In this document: piece after piece, positions 9,250 through 16,722 of the stretch
Layout of the letters: each line of letters begins with the position of its first letter
How positions within the stretch are numbered: the first letter of the stretch is position 1
From: a virus
Taxonomy: Duplodnaviria; Caudoviricetes
Length of the DNA stretch: 64,000 bases
Strand: one strand, 5' to 3'
Virus record (IMG/VR): IMGVR_UViG_3300033073_001045
Coordinates: 1-64,000 of that record
Position numbers and translations under genes: made by a program
The notes under the pieces: generated by a model
Told to the model about the DNA's origin: nothing
Seen by the model: the letters and a program-made list of their open reading frames with translations, nothing else
The model's database searches: none

Positions 9250-9438
9250 TTATTCCTCATTTCTGAAATCTTTAATTCGATTTCTAATTAACCAAATAAC
9301 AAATGCATACATTATTACTTGGCCGATTACTGTTTTAGCAGATCCAGTCAGCACTAGCCAACCAGCAAACAGACCTACCAGTGTCCATATCTCGTCAACA
9401 ATATCTGAAAAGATTCCACTAATTATTCTTTTAATCAT
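9250..9438 (-). CDS. Small two-TM membrane protein
   Basis: WTLVGLFAGWLVL and VIMYAFVIWLI helices; GGAGG RBS. Confidence 0.65.
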   Translation of the reverse strand: MIKRIISGIFSDIVDEIWTLVGLFAGWLVLTGSAKTVIGQVIMYAFVIWLIRNRIKDFRNEE

Positions 9439-12061
9439 TTCCGAACCTCCTTCTAAAAGCAACCAAAGCTGCTGTTATGACTAAGATTTTCTTTGCTTTT
9501 TTTCTTGTTACTGGACTCATATCATTTCCGATATTAGCCAATGCTGTATACGCTGCTCCAACTGCTTGAATTGCTTCTCCAGCACCAGGAATTGCTTCCA
9601 AGGCAGCTGGTAAAAATGTACATTGCTCAACAGGATGCTCTACTCCGTTTACATCAATATGTATTTCTAATCCATCCTTTGTGATTGTTTCGCAAACATA
9701 AGTCATTATTACTGGAACTGCAATATCTGGTGCGTTAAATGTTGTACCACCAGGTTGTCCAATAAATGTATCTTGAGTTGTAATAGCCTCTGGTGGAATT
9801 GGTAAGCCAGATCCAGGTGGTGGGGGTGGTGGTGTTAATTTTCCATCTTCACCTACAACTTGTGGTTGTGATTTAGTTCCATAAAATTCAATACCGCCAT
9901 TTTCTACACCAGGCTTGTCAACTTGAACCTTTGCAACAAGTGCTGATGTTGGTGCTTCTTTAACTACTGTATCTGAAAGTTGATCTGGACTATTTGGTTT
10001 TACACCAATCTCTTCTGCCTTTGCTCTATCTGCAGCAGCTTTTTCTGCTTCTGCTTTAGCAGCATCTTCCTTTGCCTGTGCATCTTTTGCTGCTTGCTCT
10101 GCTGCTTTTTGTTCTGCTGCTGCTTTATCTGCCTCTGCTTTAGCATTTGCTTCTGCCTGTGCCTTTGCATCTGCTTCCGCCTTTGCTTGTGCTTCTGCTT
10201 GAGCCTTTGCTTCGGCTTCTGCCTTAGCATTTGCTTCTTCTTGGGCTTTAGCCTCTGCCTCTGCTGCTAATCTTTCAGCCTCTGCCTTTGCTTCTGCATC
10301 AGCCTTTGCTTGTGCTTCAGCCTCTGCTGCCTTTGCAGCCTCTTCTGCTGCTATACGATCTGCCTCTGCTTTTGCTGCAGCCTCTTCCGCTGCTTTAGCC
10401 TCTGCTTCGGCTTTTGCTGCTGCTTCGGCAGCGGCTTTTGCTTCTGCTGCTGCTTGGGCTGCAGCCTGTGCTGCTGCTTGTGCAGCGGCTTCTGCTGCTC
10501 TTGCTTGTGCTTCAGCAATTGCTCTTGCTGCTGCCTGACGCTGTTGTTCTTCTAACGCAGCCTGTGCAGCATAAGTTGCTTGGGCATTTGAAACATTTGT
10601 TTGCATGGTTTGAACAGATGTATTTAAATTAGAGATAGCCATTGACGCTGAAACCTCTGCTGCTTGTGCAGTAGACTGCAAGTTTGTTAGGTTTTGATTT
10701 GCAGTTGTTAGGTTTTCGTTGGCTGTTGTTAGGTTTTCATTAGCAGTTGTTAGGTTTTGTTGTGAGGTTTGTAACACCTGATTAGATATTTGAAGATCAT
10801 TTTGAGCAGTCTGGACAACCAATGTTTGTTGAGCAACTACATTTGTTTTATCTGTGACTACATTTTGAGCAGTTGTTTCTGCTTGTTGTAATGTAGTAAG
10901 TGTTGCTTGCTCAGTATTTAATGTTTGAGTTGCTGTAGCCAGAGTTGCTAATTGTGTAGCACTGGCAGTAGATGTACTAAATTCAGATGCAGGAATAATT
11001 TCCCAACTACCATTACCCGTATAGCGTTTTAACGCAACATTTGCCCCTCCGCCATTTTCATAAAACCAAAAATCTAATGTTTTTCCAACATTTGCTGTTG
11101 TATTAATAGCAGCAGTTGATCCGCCACCACCTTTGTCGTACCAGTCATTAATAACTAATTGTCCATCAAGATAAAGTTTTGTGCCATCATCTGCTGGTGC
11201 ATAGATCCATTGAGTGCCTGTATATTGAGGTGTCCAGATGCCTTGCCATCTAACTTGAAAATCTTCAGGAATAACATTTGCTGGTCCTCCGCCACCCCAC
11301 TGTTCGTCAATTCCATTTGTATCAGTTGTAGTATATTTTAATACGCCAGCACCTAGTGGTGGTGCGTTATTATATCCAGTATCTTGATAAACTGTCATTG
11401 TTAAACCAGGACTTGTATTTGCATCAACTACTGCTTGTGCTGCATCTTTATTTGTTTGTGCTGTTGCTACTACTGGCTCTTGTGCATCTACCGCTGCTGA
11501 TGCCTGTGTCAATGTGGTCTGGGCATTTGTAAGATTTGTTTGTGCTTGCTCTAAATTTTGATTAGCGGTTTGTAATGCCTGAGTATCTGTTGCTACCTGT
11601 GTAGTTGCTGTTGATACTTCTTGGGTAGCCTGAGTAACTGCTGTTTCTGCCTGAGAAACTGAGGCGGTAGCAGACTCAACTACTACCTGCTGAAGAGATA
11701 CATTATTATTTGCTGTACCCAAATCAGTCATAGTGGTCATAACTGTTTGAATATTTTGATTAACAGCGTCAATAGATGATTGAGCTACAGTAATAGCTTG
11801 ATCTACGGAAGTTGGATTTGAAAGAGTGTTTGCTTGGGTATCTATTGTTTGAAGTGTAGATTGAGCTTCTGATACCGCTGTTTGAGCTGATATAACACTT
11901 GTTTCAGCTGTTACTTGTATTGTTGCCGTAGATGTATCTGATGTTGGAGGTGAGACTTGAACAGTTACTACTTCATCAGCATTTGCAGTATCTGGCCCAA
12001 AAAGGAAAAGCCAGCCGATTATAAAAAGGCTGGTTGCAAAATACTTTAACTTTCTACTCAA
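9431..12061 (-). CDS. Large secreted/membrane-anchored protein with PA14 domain, coiled-coil stalk and Ala/Glu/Lys repeats
   Basis: Signal peptide (ANA). PA14 motifs F.VRWQG, ADDGTKLYLDGQLVINDW and FYENGGGA. C-terminal basic-hydrophobic-basic segment. TTG start with AGGAGA RBS. Confidence 0.8.
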   Translation of the reverse strand: MSRKLKYFATSLFIIGWLFLFGPDTANADEVVTVQVSPPTSDTSTATIQVTAETSVISAQTAVSEAQSTLQTIDTQANTLSNPTSVDQAITVAQSSIDAVNQNIQTVMTTMTDLGTANNNVSLQQVVVESATASVSQAETAVTQATQEVSTATTQVATDTQALQTANQNLEQAQTNLTNAQTTLTQASAAVDAQEPVVATAQTNKDAAQAVVDANTSPGLTMTVYQDTGYNNAPPLGAGVLKYTTTDTNGIDEQWGGGGPANVIPEDFQVRWQGIWTPQYTGTQWIYAPADDGTKLYLDGQLVINDWYDKGGGGSTAAINTTANVGKTLDFWFYENGGGANVALKRYTGNGSWEIIPASEFSTSTASATQLATLATATQTLNTEQATLTTLQQAETTAQNVVTDKTNVVAQQTLVVQTAQNDLQISNQVLQTSQQNLTTANENLTTANENLTTANQNLTNLQSTAQAAEVSASMAISNLNTSVQTMQTNVSNAQATYAAQAALEEQQRQAAARAIAEAQARAAEAAAQAAAQAAAQAAAEAKAAAEAAAKAEAEAKAAEEAAAKAEADRIAAEEAAKAAEAEAQAKADAEAKAEAERLAAEAEAKAQEEANAKAEAEAKAQAEAQAKAEADAKAQAEANAKAEADKAAAEQKAAEQAAKDAQAKEDAAKAEAEKAAADRAKAEEIGVKPNSPDQLSDTVVKEAPTSALVAKVQVDKPGVENGGIEFYGTKSQPQVVGEDGKLTPPPPPPGSGLPIPPEAITTQDTFIGQPGGTTFNAPDIAVPVIMTYVCETITKDGLEIHIDVNGVEHPVEQCTFLPAALEAIPGAGEAIQAVGAAYTALANIGNDMSPVTRKKAKKILVITAALVAFRRRFGND
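10020..10570 (-). repeat. Low-complexity (A/E/K/Q) helical repeats
   Basis: AKAEAEAKA-type iterations; GCT/GCA-rich DNA. Confidence 0.85.
10685..10758 (-). repeat. 21-bp tandem repeat (NLTTANE/Q, about 3.5 copies)
   Basis: gttgttaggttttc repeats with a 21-nt period. Confidence 0.8.
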
Positions 12062-12068
12062 CTAGGTA

Positions 12069-12113
12069 TCTCCTAAGTAATGCAATATTTTTGCTTACTT
12101 AGTAATTATAGCA
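12069..12113 (-). promoter_or_regulatory. Extended -10 promoter plus a hairpin overlapping the SD of the PA14 gene
   Basis: TGCTATAAT followed by CTAAGTAA-GCAA...TTGC-A-TTACTTAG(GAGA). Confidence 0.6.
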
Positions 12114-12128
12114 GAATGTTAGTTTAAA

Positions 12129-12317
12129 CTACTTAGGATTATCTGTTTTATAAAAACCATTACCCTTAAACTGTATCCCAAAAGATGAGAATGTTCTAAT
12201 CATATTTGCTTCACATTCTTCACAAAAGTATCCTGGATCATCTTCAGATATTGATCTTGTTACAGAAAGTATGGCATGAGAATCATCTTCGCTACATTTA
12301 TATTCATATACTGGCAT
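12129..12317 (-). CDS. FmdB-family zinc-ribbon protein
   Basis: MPVYEYKC ... CEEC ... FKGNGFYKTD. Confidence 0.9.
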   Translation of the reverse strand: MPVYEYKCSEDDSHAILSVTRSISEDDPGYFCEECEANMIRTFSSFGIQFKGNGFYKTDNPK

Positions 12318-12520
12318 TATTTTCTACCCCAACTAATCTTATCCCATACTCTTTCATGCCAATAGTATACAGCAACCTTTACTACAGTTTCCCAAAATGC
12401 AATAAGTGTTGCTAGGCTTCCTTTACCAGTAATCACATACACTACAAGAAATGAGGTTAATGTTCCAAAAACTCTATACGTCCACGCTTTGACAAACGAT
12501 CTTTTTTTAGTTACCTTCAT
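12317..12520 (-). CDS. DUF2061-family membrane protein
   Basis: RSFVKAWTYR ... YYWHERVWDKISWG. Confidence 0.8.
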   Translation of the reverse strand: MKVTKKRSFVKAWTYRVFGTLTSFLVVYVITGKGSLATLIAFWETVVKVAVYYWHERVWDKISWGRK

Positions 12521-12605
12521 TATTATCCTTATCTTTAAACATTGACTCTACCATTCTGTCTTCAGCATCCGCAATGCCTTTACCAAAATTAGATACCCAA
12601 TTCAC
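12507..12605 (-). CDS. Possible 32-aa peptide
   Basis: GTG-start ORF (MNWVSNFGKGIADAEDRMVESMFKD...) that fills the gap and overlaps both neighbours. Confidence 0.35.
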   Translation of the reverse strand: MNWVSNFGKGIADAEDRMVESMFKDKDNNEGN

Positions 12606-13350
12606 GACGTTTTTCAGTAGCTGAAATAGCATGTATTGTTGCCCCCAAATCTATTTGCTCAATTTTATAACCAACGTCACGACCATAAACTATATTAGTA
12701 ATGTTTGGAAGTCTTAGTACCATTGAGCCGTCCATGAATTCATCTTTAGCAATATACTCTTTAACTTGATCAAATGTTAAAGGATCTTTTTCGCTAGTCT
12801 TATATGTATTGCGGACACCAAGAAGAACCTGCTTAGTTCTCTTACCAGCCTCTTCGTACAAAGCATGATGTCCTTCATGCCATGGCTGGTATCGCCCAAG
12901 CATCAATGTAGTAGGAGCAGACCAATCATGTAGCTTAAAGTACTGAATAATTACGGTAGCCTTTTGATCTTGATCTAGTTTATGGTCTTCAAATGTTGCA
13001 TCGAATTCTTCTGGGCGTTCAAACATTTTGTTAGTATCTTCAAAGCGGCCTTCTTTAATTGTGTCCATGAAGATCAAGATATCTGGCTTGCCAAACGCTG
13101 CACGTGTTAATTCTGTTGGGCAAACGAAGTCAACAATAACTGGTGCCACACCCTGCTTTGCAATGAGACGTGCCATCTCACCCATTCGTCTTGCCTGCTC
13201 TAATCTATCTTCAGGAGTAAATCCAAGATCAGAATTTACTGTTGCTCTAACTTCATCTGCATTTAAATGAATAGCATTAATTCTTTCCTTTAAAGCCTTT
13301 GCTAACTGTGTCTTACCTGAACCTGGAAGTCCAATTATTTGAATGATCAT
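12589..13350 (-). CDS. cysC: Adenylyl-sulfate (APS) kinase fused to an HxGH nucleotidyltransferase domain
   Basis: GLPGSGKT P-loop and DLGFTPEDRLEQARR APS-kinase signature; C-terminal GRYQPWHEGH ... ISATEKR. Confidence 0.8.
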   Translation of the reverse strand: MIIQIIGLPGSGKTQLAKALKERINAIHLNADEVRATVNSDLGFTPEDRLEQARRMGEMARLIAKQGVAPVIVDFVCPTELTRAAFGKPDILIFMDTIKEGRFEDTNKMFERPEEFDATFEDHKLDQDQKATVIIQYFKLHDWSAPTTLMLGRYQPWHEGHHALYEEAGKRTKQVLLGVRNTYKTSEKDPLTFDQVKEYIAKDEFMDGSMVLRLPNITNIVYGRDVGYKIEQIDLGATIHAISATEKRRELGI

Positions 13351-13351
13351 T

Positions 13352-13948
13352 TTATCTCGCATTACTTGCTACATGTGGTGTCAAAATGAGATTAGGGCAA
13401 TCCCATAGAGGATGATCTGCTGGCAATGGATCTGGATCTACCTGATCAATCGCAGCAAATATTCTGTCTTTATGTAATTCTTCTACTAGGTCCATTGTAT
13501 TTACAATAGGACCCTTACTCATATTAATAAATAGTGATCCATATTTCATTCGTGAAAATACATCTTTATTAAACATATTTATAGTTGTTTCATTTAGTTC
13601 CGCCAAAACTATTACTACATCAAAACGCTCTACGTTATCAAAATACTTGTCTATTATTAAAGACCCTTCACTACCTGTGCGTGAAAAATTTGTTACCTGT
13701 GCTCGTGGCGCAAATGATTTAATAGCTTGCATTCTCTTGCCAATATGTCCATTACCAATTACGGCAATCATTTTGCCATCTAAGCTTTGCTGCTGGCTAA
13801 AGATCCATCTTTTATTTCGTTGATTTTCTAGGTACATTGGAAGACCCCTATAAGCAGCAATAGCAAGCCCTATAGTAAATTCTGCTGTGAGGACTGCGGT
13901 ATCATGGTTTCTACCATCAAGTCCTCTATCTTCGTTTATGTATCCCAT
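13352..13948 (-). CDS. D-isomer 2-hydroxyacid dehydrogenase, NAD-binding domain only
   Basis: VIGNGHIG, FINMSKGPIV, AAIDQVDPDPLP and LILTPHVA. The N-terminal substrate-binding domain is missing. Confidence 0.75.
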   Translation of the reverse strand: MGYINEDRGLDGRNHDTAVLTAEFTIGLAIAAYRGLPMYLENQRNKRWIFSQQQSLDGKMIAVIGNGHIGKRMQAIKSFAPRAQVTNFSRTGSEGSLIIDKYFDNVERFDVVIVLAELNETTINMFNKDVFSRMKYGSLFINMSKGPIVNTMDLVEELHKDRIFAAIDQVDPDPLPADHPLWDCPNLILTPHVASNAR

Positions 13949-13965
13949 TTATATCTTTCTGTTAG

Positions 13966-13993
13966 TGAGCCGTTTAGAGACATGCTCAGGTCT
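13966..13993 (-). other. Candidate H-type RNA pseudoknot
   Basis: AGAC-C-TGAGC-AT-GTCT-CTAAACG-GCTCA: S1 AGAC/GTCT, S2 TGAGC/GCTCA. Confidence 0.45.
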
Positions 13994-13994
13994 G

Positions 13995-14020
13995 AAAAAC
14001 ATAGCCCACTAGTGGCTATG
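13995..14020 (-). terminator. Intrinsic terminator after hsp20
   Basis: CATAGCC-N7-GGCTATG-TTTTT. Confidence 0.7.
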
Positions 14021-14026
14021 GTTGTT

Positions 14027-14446
14027 CTACTTAACTTTAATTGTTTTTGGTTTCTTTTCTTCTGGAACAATGCGTTCAACATTGACATGAAGCATTCCAT
14101 CTTCAATCTTTGCGCCAGTCACTTCCATATATTCTGCAAGAGCAAATGTTCTTGTGAATTTACGTGAAGCAATACCTTTGTGTAGGTACTCTCCATCAGA
14201 GACTTCTGCAATTTCACCCTTGACAATAAGTGTGCCGTTATCAACCGACACCTCAATATCATCTCTTGTGAAACCTGCTACCGCAATTGATACCTGAAAA
14301 GTATCCTCGTCTAGCTTTAGCACATCGTATGGAGGATATGATTGACGTGATGCCATGCTATGCACATTAGCCATTCTATCCAACTCTCTGTTAAAGCCTA
14401 TAAAAAACGGATCCTTAAATAGATCCAGTGCAAATTGTGTTACCAT
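14027..14446 (-). CDS. hsp20: Small heat-shock protein (Hsp20/IbpA family)
   Basis: SYPPYD, AVAGF, YLHKGIASRKFTRTF and A..EDGML. Start moved to ATG 14446 (AGGAG). Confidence 0.95.
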   Translation of the reverse strand: MVTQFALDLFKDPFFIGFNRELDRMANVHSMASRQSYPPYDVLKLDEDTFQVSIAVAGFTRDDIEVSVDNGTLIVKGEIAEVSDGEYLHKGIASRKFTRTFALAEYMEVTGAKIEDGMLHVNVERIVPEEKKPKTIKVK

Positions 14447-14453
14447 TTTATTT

Positions 14454-14515
14454 CTCCTTTTAAGCAAGTAATATAGCTACCCCCATTTGGCAGGTAGCTA
14501 TATTATTATACCATT
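14454..14515 (-). promoter_or_regulatory. Extended -10 promoter and ROSE-like RNA thermometer in the hsp20 5' UTR
   Basis: AATGGTATAAT; a 12-bp hairpin; then CUU(G)CU-UAAA-AGGAG, pairing the SD with a bulged G. Confidence 0.7.
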
Positions 14516-14534
14516 TAGTTAACTAGAGTAGCAA

Positions 14535-14942
14535 CTACTTTTTTGCTTTTGCCCTTGCTTTTGCAAGTGCTTCAAAGTCTTTTACCTTAGTATCACCTAA
14601 ATATCCCCAGGCATATCCATCGGCAATCATTTGATCATTAATGGAGACCGTCTGGTCATCTATGAATATCCAGCCAAGAATTCTTCCATATTTTTCAGAC
14701 GAGTCCATCTTCTCCGTTTTGATTTTAACAGATTTTGCATCTTTTAATTTATACTTTAAATATTCTTTTGCCTCAAGACCCAACTTTTTCTCTGCAAGAT
14801 CTTTTGTTCTTGATTCTGGAGTATCAATACCTGCAAGCCTAACTCTTGATGAGAATAGTATGTCGAAGCCTAAATCAATTAAAACATCAATTGTATCTCC
14901 GTCGACTACGCTTTCTACTTTTCTAACATAATATTCGTACAC
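14535..14942 (-). CDS. Thermonuclease (SNase-like)
   Basis: VVDGDTIDV, RVRLAGIDTPE, EKYGRILG. Confidence 0.9.
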   Translation of the reverse strand: MYEYYVRKVESVVDGDTIDVLIDLGFDILFSSRVRLAGIDTPESRTKDLAEKKLGLEAKEYLKYKLKDAKSVKIKTEKMDSSEKYGRILGWIFIDDQTVSINDQMIADGYAWGYLGDTKVKDFEALAKARAKAKK

Positions 14943-15619
14943 TATTTACCCCTTATTTTTTCCCATTCATATTCTACTTCATCAAATAAATTTCTTGATT
15001 CGGCATATTTTTTTGCATAAATTTTTTCTATATCCTTGTATTGTCCCTCTGTTACATAATTAGTTTTATTTTTACTTGTAAAAAATAAAAATAACATGTA
15101 AACAAATTCACCATCATTAAATTTTTGCGGAGTTCTCCAGTGTACTTGATTTTCAACATCTATAGCTAAAGCATCTCCATTTTTTAAAATTATAGGCTCA
15201 TTGTTTACTGCTAATGGCCAGTCTACATTGCCTCCTATTTGAATATCTAGTAAGAAAGCAACATTGGTTGGATGATCCACGTGTGGAACAAGTTGCGGTA
15301 CCCCATATTCGTTAGAATATTTTACTATTGAAAAATACTTTAATTCTGCTTGATCATCAAAAGTATGAACACAGTCCATAATTTTTGATAGCGTTGATGG
15401 CTTAAACATTTCAAAATCATGATTCGGCAAAGATAGGTGTATTTTTCCAAAATGTTTATCTATTTGAGAATCGGTGTAGTGATCATATATCTCATCCCAT
15501 GTAAGCTCTTGTATGTCTTTGGAATTTGTAATCTTTAACTTCTTATTGGCAATACTTCTAATGCCAATAAGCTCGTCTTCATCAAATAAACTTCTGATGG
15601 TTATAGGAAAATTAGGCAA
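14942..15619 (-). CDS. 2OG-Fe(II) oxygenase-like protein (paralog 4)
   Basis: LVPHVD ... DIQIGGNVDWPL ... QVHWRTP. Confidence 0.75.
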   Translation of the reverse strand: MPNFPITIRSLFDEDELIGIRSIANKKLKITNSKDIQELTWDEIYDHYTDSQIDKHFGKIHLSLPNHDFEMFKPSTLSKIMDCVHTFDDQAELKYFSIVKYSNEYGVPQLVPHVDHPTNVAFLLDIQIGGNVDWPLAVNNEPIILKNGDALAIDVENQVHWRTPQKFNDGEFVYMLFLFFTSKNKTNYVTEGQYKDIEKIYAKKYAESRNLFDEVEYEWEKIRGK

Positions 15620-15621
15620 CC

Positions 15622-16206
15622 TTAAACCTTTTTCGTTACCTTTTTAGCTACAGGTTTTTTTACTGGTGCTGCTGCTTTTTTTGCAGGAGCTTTTGCTGGT
15701 TCTGCTTTTTTTGCTGGAGCATCCCAATCTGGACGTGCTACAGCCATTACTAATGAATACGGTCTCTTCTTTTCAAACGCACCATCTCCATTTGACTGAC
15801 TTCCCTTTTTGTCACCTGAAGTATTACCTTCGTATGTGATCAAATTTTTTCCGTCATTTTTTACAACAATTCCAACATGTTCTGTATCTGTTGGGTTCTT
15901 GTCAAAATTAAAAAATACTACATCTCCAGGCTCAGCTTGCCCAATAGGAACAATTCTTTTATTTTTTGCAAACCATTGTGCTCCAGCGTCACAGGATGCA
16001 AATCCTTTCTTGCTTGAAGCAGCAACAAGATGAACTAGCCCTGCGTCATCAAAACAACCAGACACAAACATTGCACACCAAGGCTGGTGATTTAGTCCAT
16101 ATCTTTTACCAAAGATTGTGTCGTTGTTTGGACCCTCTGTATATTTTTCATCTATATATTTCTTAGCTGCAGCTAAAACTTTTGCTGCATTTGGGTGTAT
16201 TGCCAT
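15622..16206 (-). CDS. CHAP-domain peptidoglycan hydrolase (endolysin) with Lys/Ala/Pro-rich tail
   Basis: PWCAMFVS, HVGIV, EGNTS; tail PAKKAEPAKAPAKK. Confidence 0.85.
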   Translation of the reverse strand: MAIHPNAAKVLAAAKKYIDEKYTEGPNNDTIFGKRYGLNHQPWCAMFVSGCFDDAGLVHLVAASSKKGFASCDAGAQWFAKNKRIVPIGQAEPGDVVFFNFDKNPTDTEHVGIVVKNDGKNLITYEGNTSGDKKGSQSNGDGAFEKKRPYSLVMAVARPDWDAPAKKAEPAKAPAKKAAAPVKKPVAKKVTKKV

Positions 16207-16218
16207 TTTTTCTCCTTA

Positions 16219-16632
16219 TTATTTTCTTAATTTATATGCATACTGATTTAATAGTTTTGGAAGGTACCTGCCAAGACCAGCTGCTTGATGTTCAAAAAAT
16301 AGAGCATATTTTTTATCGAGTTGCGTGGCGGCTACTAATTTTAAAATATACTCTTCATCTATAGGGAAAAACCATTTTATATAGTGTTCAGCAAACATAT
16401 CAAATCCAATTTCTGCTTCTTTTGAAGTTAGATCTGCTTTGGTATGTATTAAATTTGCAAGATATTTATTTAATGCATACGCTTCTTGGACCATTACGGA
16501 CCAATCGTCTTTTGTATATGACGCAATTCTTTCTTTAGCTGAGTGCAGCATTGGGCTATTTGGCATATTTTTTTGCCACTGTTTCCAAAGTAACCTACAT
16601 GTTACTGGTGCTCTATCTAAAGGATTTTCCAT
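16219..16632 (-). CDS. Stand-alone TipAS-like (antibiotic-recognition domain) protein
   Basis: ERIASYTKDDW ... GLGRYL resembles TipAS EKTASYTKEDW ... GLAAYM as recalled. Leaderless promoter TGATATACT-N6-ATG. Confidence 0.7.
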   Translation of the reverse strand: MENPLDRAPVTCRLLWKQWQKNMPNSPMLHSAKERIASYTKDDWSVMVQEAYALNKYLANLIHTKADLTSKEAEIGFDMFAEHYIKWFFPIDEEYILKLVAATQLDKKYALFFEHQAAGLGRYLPKLLNQYAYKLRK

Positions 16633-16644
16633 AATTATAGTATA

Positions 16645-16722
16645 TCATTTATCTGTTTCTCTACATTTTGGACAAAATAACATGCCCCTTGGATTCCCGC
16701 ATTCACACTCCATACTGCTCAT
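16645..16722 (-). CDS. Possible 25-aa Zn-binding micro-protein
   Basis: MSSMECECGNPRGMLFCPKCRETDK; ATGA-coupled to the upstream stop. Confidence 0.5.
   Translation of the reverse strand: MSSMECECGNPRGMLFCPKCRETDK

Noticed and set aside
9980-10632. Cys-rich and Leu-rich plus-strand ORFs and the Gln/Lys-rich alternative-frame ORF
   Set aside because: These are shadows of the Ala/Glu/Lys repeat of the PA14 protein.
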